DNA from: Opitutales bacterium
Lineage (GTDB): Bacteria; Verrucomicrobiota; Verrucomicrobiia; Opitutales; Coraliomargaritaceae
Direction of reading: 5' to 3'
Assembly (NCBI GenBank): GCA_049606355.1
Contig: JBMYVL010000007.1
Location: 1 to 25,305, forward strand
Length of the DNA stretch: 25,305 nucleotides
Shown one piece after another: positions 24,469-25,305 of this stretch; the first letter of the stretch is position 1; each line of letters begins with the position of its first letter. Position numbers and translations under genes: made by a program. Below the pieces are notes generated by a model, which ran no database searches, was not told where the DNA came from, and saw only the letters and a list, made by a program, of their open reading frames with translations.

Positions 24469-25077
24469 TTACTCCGCGTTGAGTATCGCGATCACCGCGT
24501 CAGTGATTTCAAGCGCATCGCTGGCAAACATCACTTGGCCGGCATAGAAGGAATACTCCGTTTCGGATCCGTCGTCTTCCTGGACCTTCACATCACGAGG
24601 TATAATCGGGAAAACCAGGTCGATGTTCTTGTCTTTGGCGACGCTATTGACTGCATCCCGTGCCTTATACTCGTATGGGTTCAGCGCACTTTGACGCGCC
24701 TGTTGCGTTTTATCCTGCAACTGCTGGCCAAAATCATTGAGCTGACGGATCTTCGCTTCATTCGCAGCAATTAAATCCTTGGCTTCTTCAGCAGCAGCCT
24801 GACGTTCTGCATCTGCAATCGCGGGATTCAGCGATTTCTGCTGCAGTTCTTGAATTTGGCTTTCTACCACATCCAGACCGAGTTTTTGCTTAAAGCTATC
24901 GATTTCTTCTTGGGCGGTTTGCTCGGCACCGGCAATACGCTCCAGCGCAGACTGGTAGGCAGCGTAGTCCGCGAGCACACGCTCCATGTTTACCGTACCA
25001 ACAACAGCGGCTTTTTGCGCGAACAGGCTACCTGCTGACAGGGTAGCAATGAGAATCAATGAGGATAGTTTTTTCAT
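24469..25077 (-). CDS. skp: OmpH/Skp family periplasmic chaperone
   Basis: From the ATG at 25077, MKKLSSLILIATLSAGSLFAQ is a signal peptide, followed by a long Gln/Glu/Ala-rich coiled-coil region. It sits between bamA and lpxD. Confidence 0.82.
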   Translation of the reverse strand: MKKLSSLILIATLSAGSLFAQKAAVVGTVNMERVLADYAAYQSALERIAGAEQTAQEEIDSFKQKLGLDVVESQIQELQQKSLNPAIADAERQAAAEEAKDLIAANEAKIRQLNDFGQQLQDKTQQARQSALNPYEYKARDAVNSVAKDKNIDLVFPIIPRDVKVQEDDGSETEYSFYAGQVMFASDALEITDAVIAILNAE

Positions 25078-25119
25078 ATTCGATTGTGTATTGAGATTAG
25101 AAGTTGAGCATCGACGCAC

Positions 25120-25305
25120 TCAAAAGCGAGTTCCGAAAGAGAAATTAAATTGAGACCCATCCGCCTCGCCGGTCGGATCGGTAATTGGAAAACCAAGATC
25201 GAGCTTTAGGGGCGAGCCCATCATCATCAAACGAGCGCCCACGCCCCAATTGTCGGCATAGTTGCTTGGACTGAAATCACTGTCATCTTCGTTAACAAAA
25301 CCCCA
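25120..25305 (-). CDS. bamA: outer membrane protein assembly factor BamA, C-terminal 61 codons (5' part outside window)
   Basis: This ORF is not in the track. Reverse-strand translation from 25305 gives [61 protein letters not shown], with stop TGA at 25120..25122. It shows the canonical Omp85 terminal beta-strands and ends in Phe. Confidence 0.82.
   Translation of the reverse strand, partial: WGFVNEDDSDFSPSNYADNWGVGARLMMMGSPLKLDLGFPITDPTGEADGSQFNFSFGTRF

Overview
This window is a densely packed, mostly housekeeping chromosomal segment of a diderm (outer-membrane-bearing) bacterium with moderate GC. I cannot assign a taxon without a database search. My weak impression is a non-proteobacterial, possibly PVC/Verrucomicrobia-like, organism, based on protein sequences and the near absence of Shine-Dalgarno motifs.

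I can support 25 protein-coding genes:
- DNA repair and RNA modification: uvrA, a RecO-like gene, tgt.
- Central and biosynthetic metabolism: monomeric icd, an AspAT-type aminotransferase, ppdK, a HAD hydrolase, ribH, aroB, prs.
- Protein export and transcription: secG, tatC, ftsY, nusB.
- Envelope: partial MsbA-like ABC NBD, an HtrA/DegP-family protease, and lpxD, skp and the 3' end of bamA as the classic bamA-skp-lpxD cluster.
- Others: a glutaredoxin-like protein, a DUF502 protein, and several small or uncharacterised ORFs.

I found no rRNA, tRNA, CRISPR array, transposase, integrase, phage gene, or recognisable defence or toxin-antitoxin module. I do not think the window carries a multi-gene accessory system.

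The most unusual element is a single gene at 7642..8523 (-). It encodes two tandem ribbon-helix-helix-like motifs fused to a ~187-aa Lys/Ala-rich histone-H1-like tail. The tail is built from a 30-bp in-frame tandem repeat of about 12-13 units that differ only at synonymous third-codon positions. The gene is followed by two tandem intrinsic terminators that abut the next gene's start codon.

Secondary oddities:
- The tgt gene lacks two of the three cysteines of the canonical CxCxxC zinc motif.
- ppdK has a Lys-rich N-terminal extension.
- secG has a ~70-aa acidic C-terminal tail and is coupled by a TAATG overlap to an unknown exported protein.
- Three convergent gene pairs have overlapping or nearly abutting stop codons.

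All functional calls rest on motif recognition by eye, not on searches.
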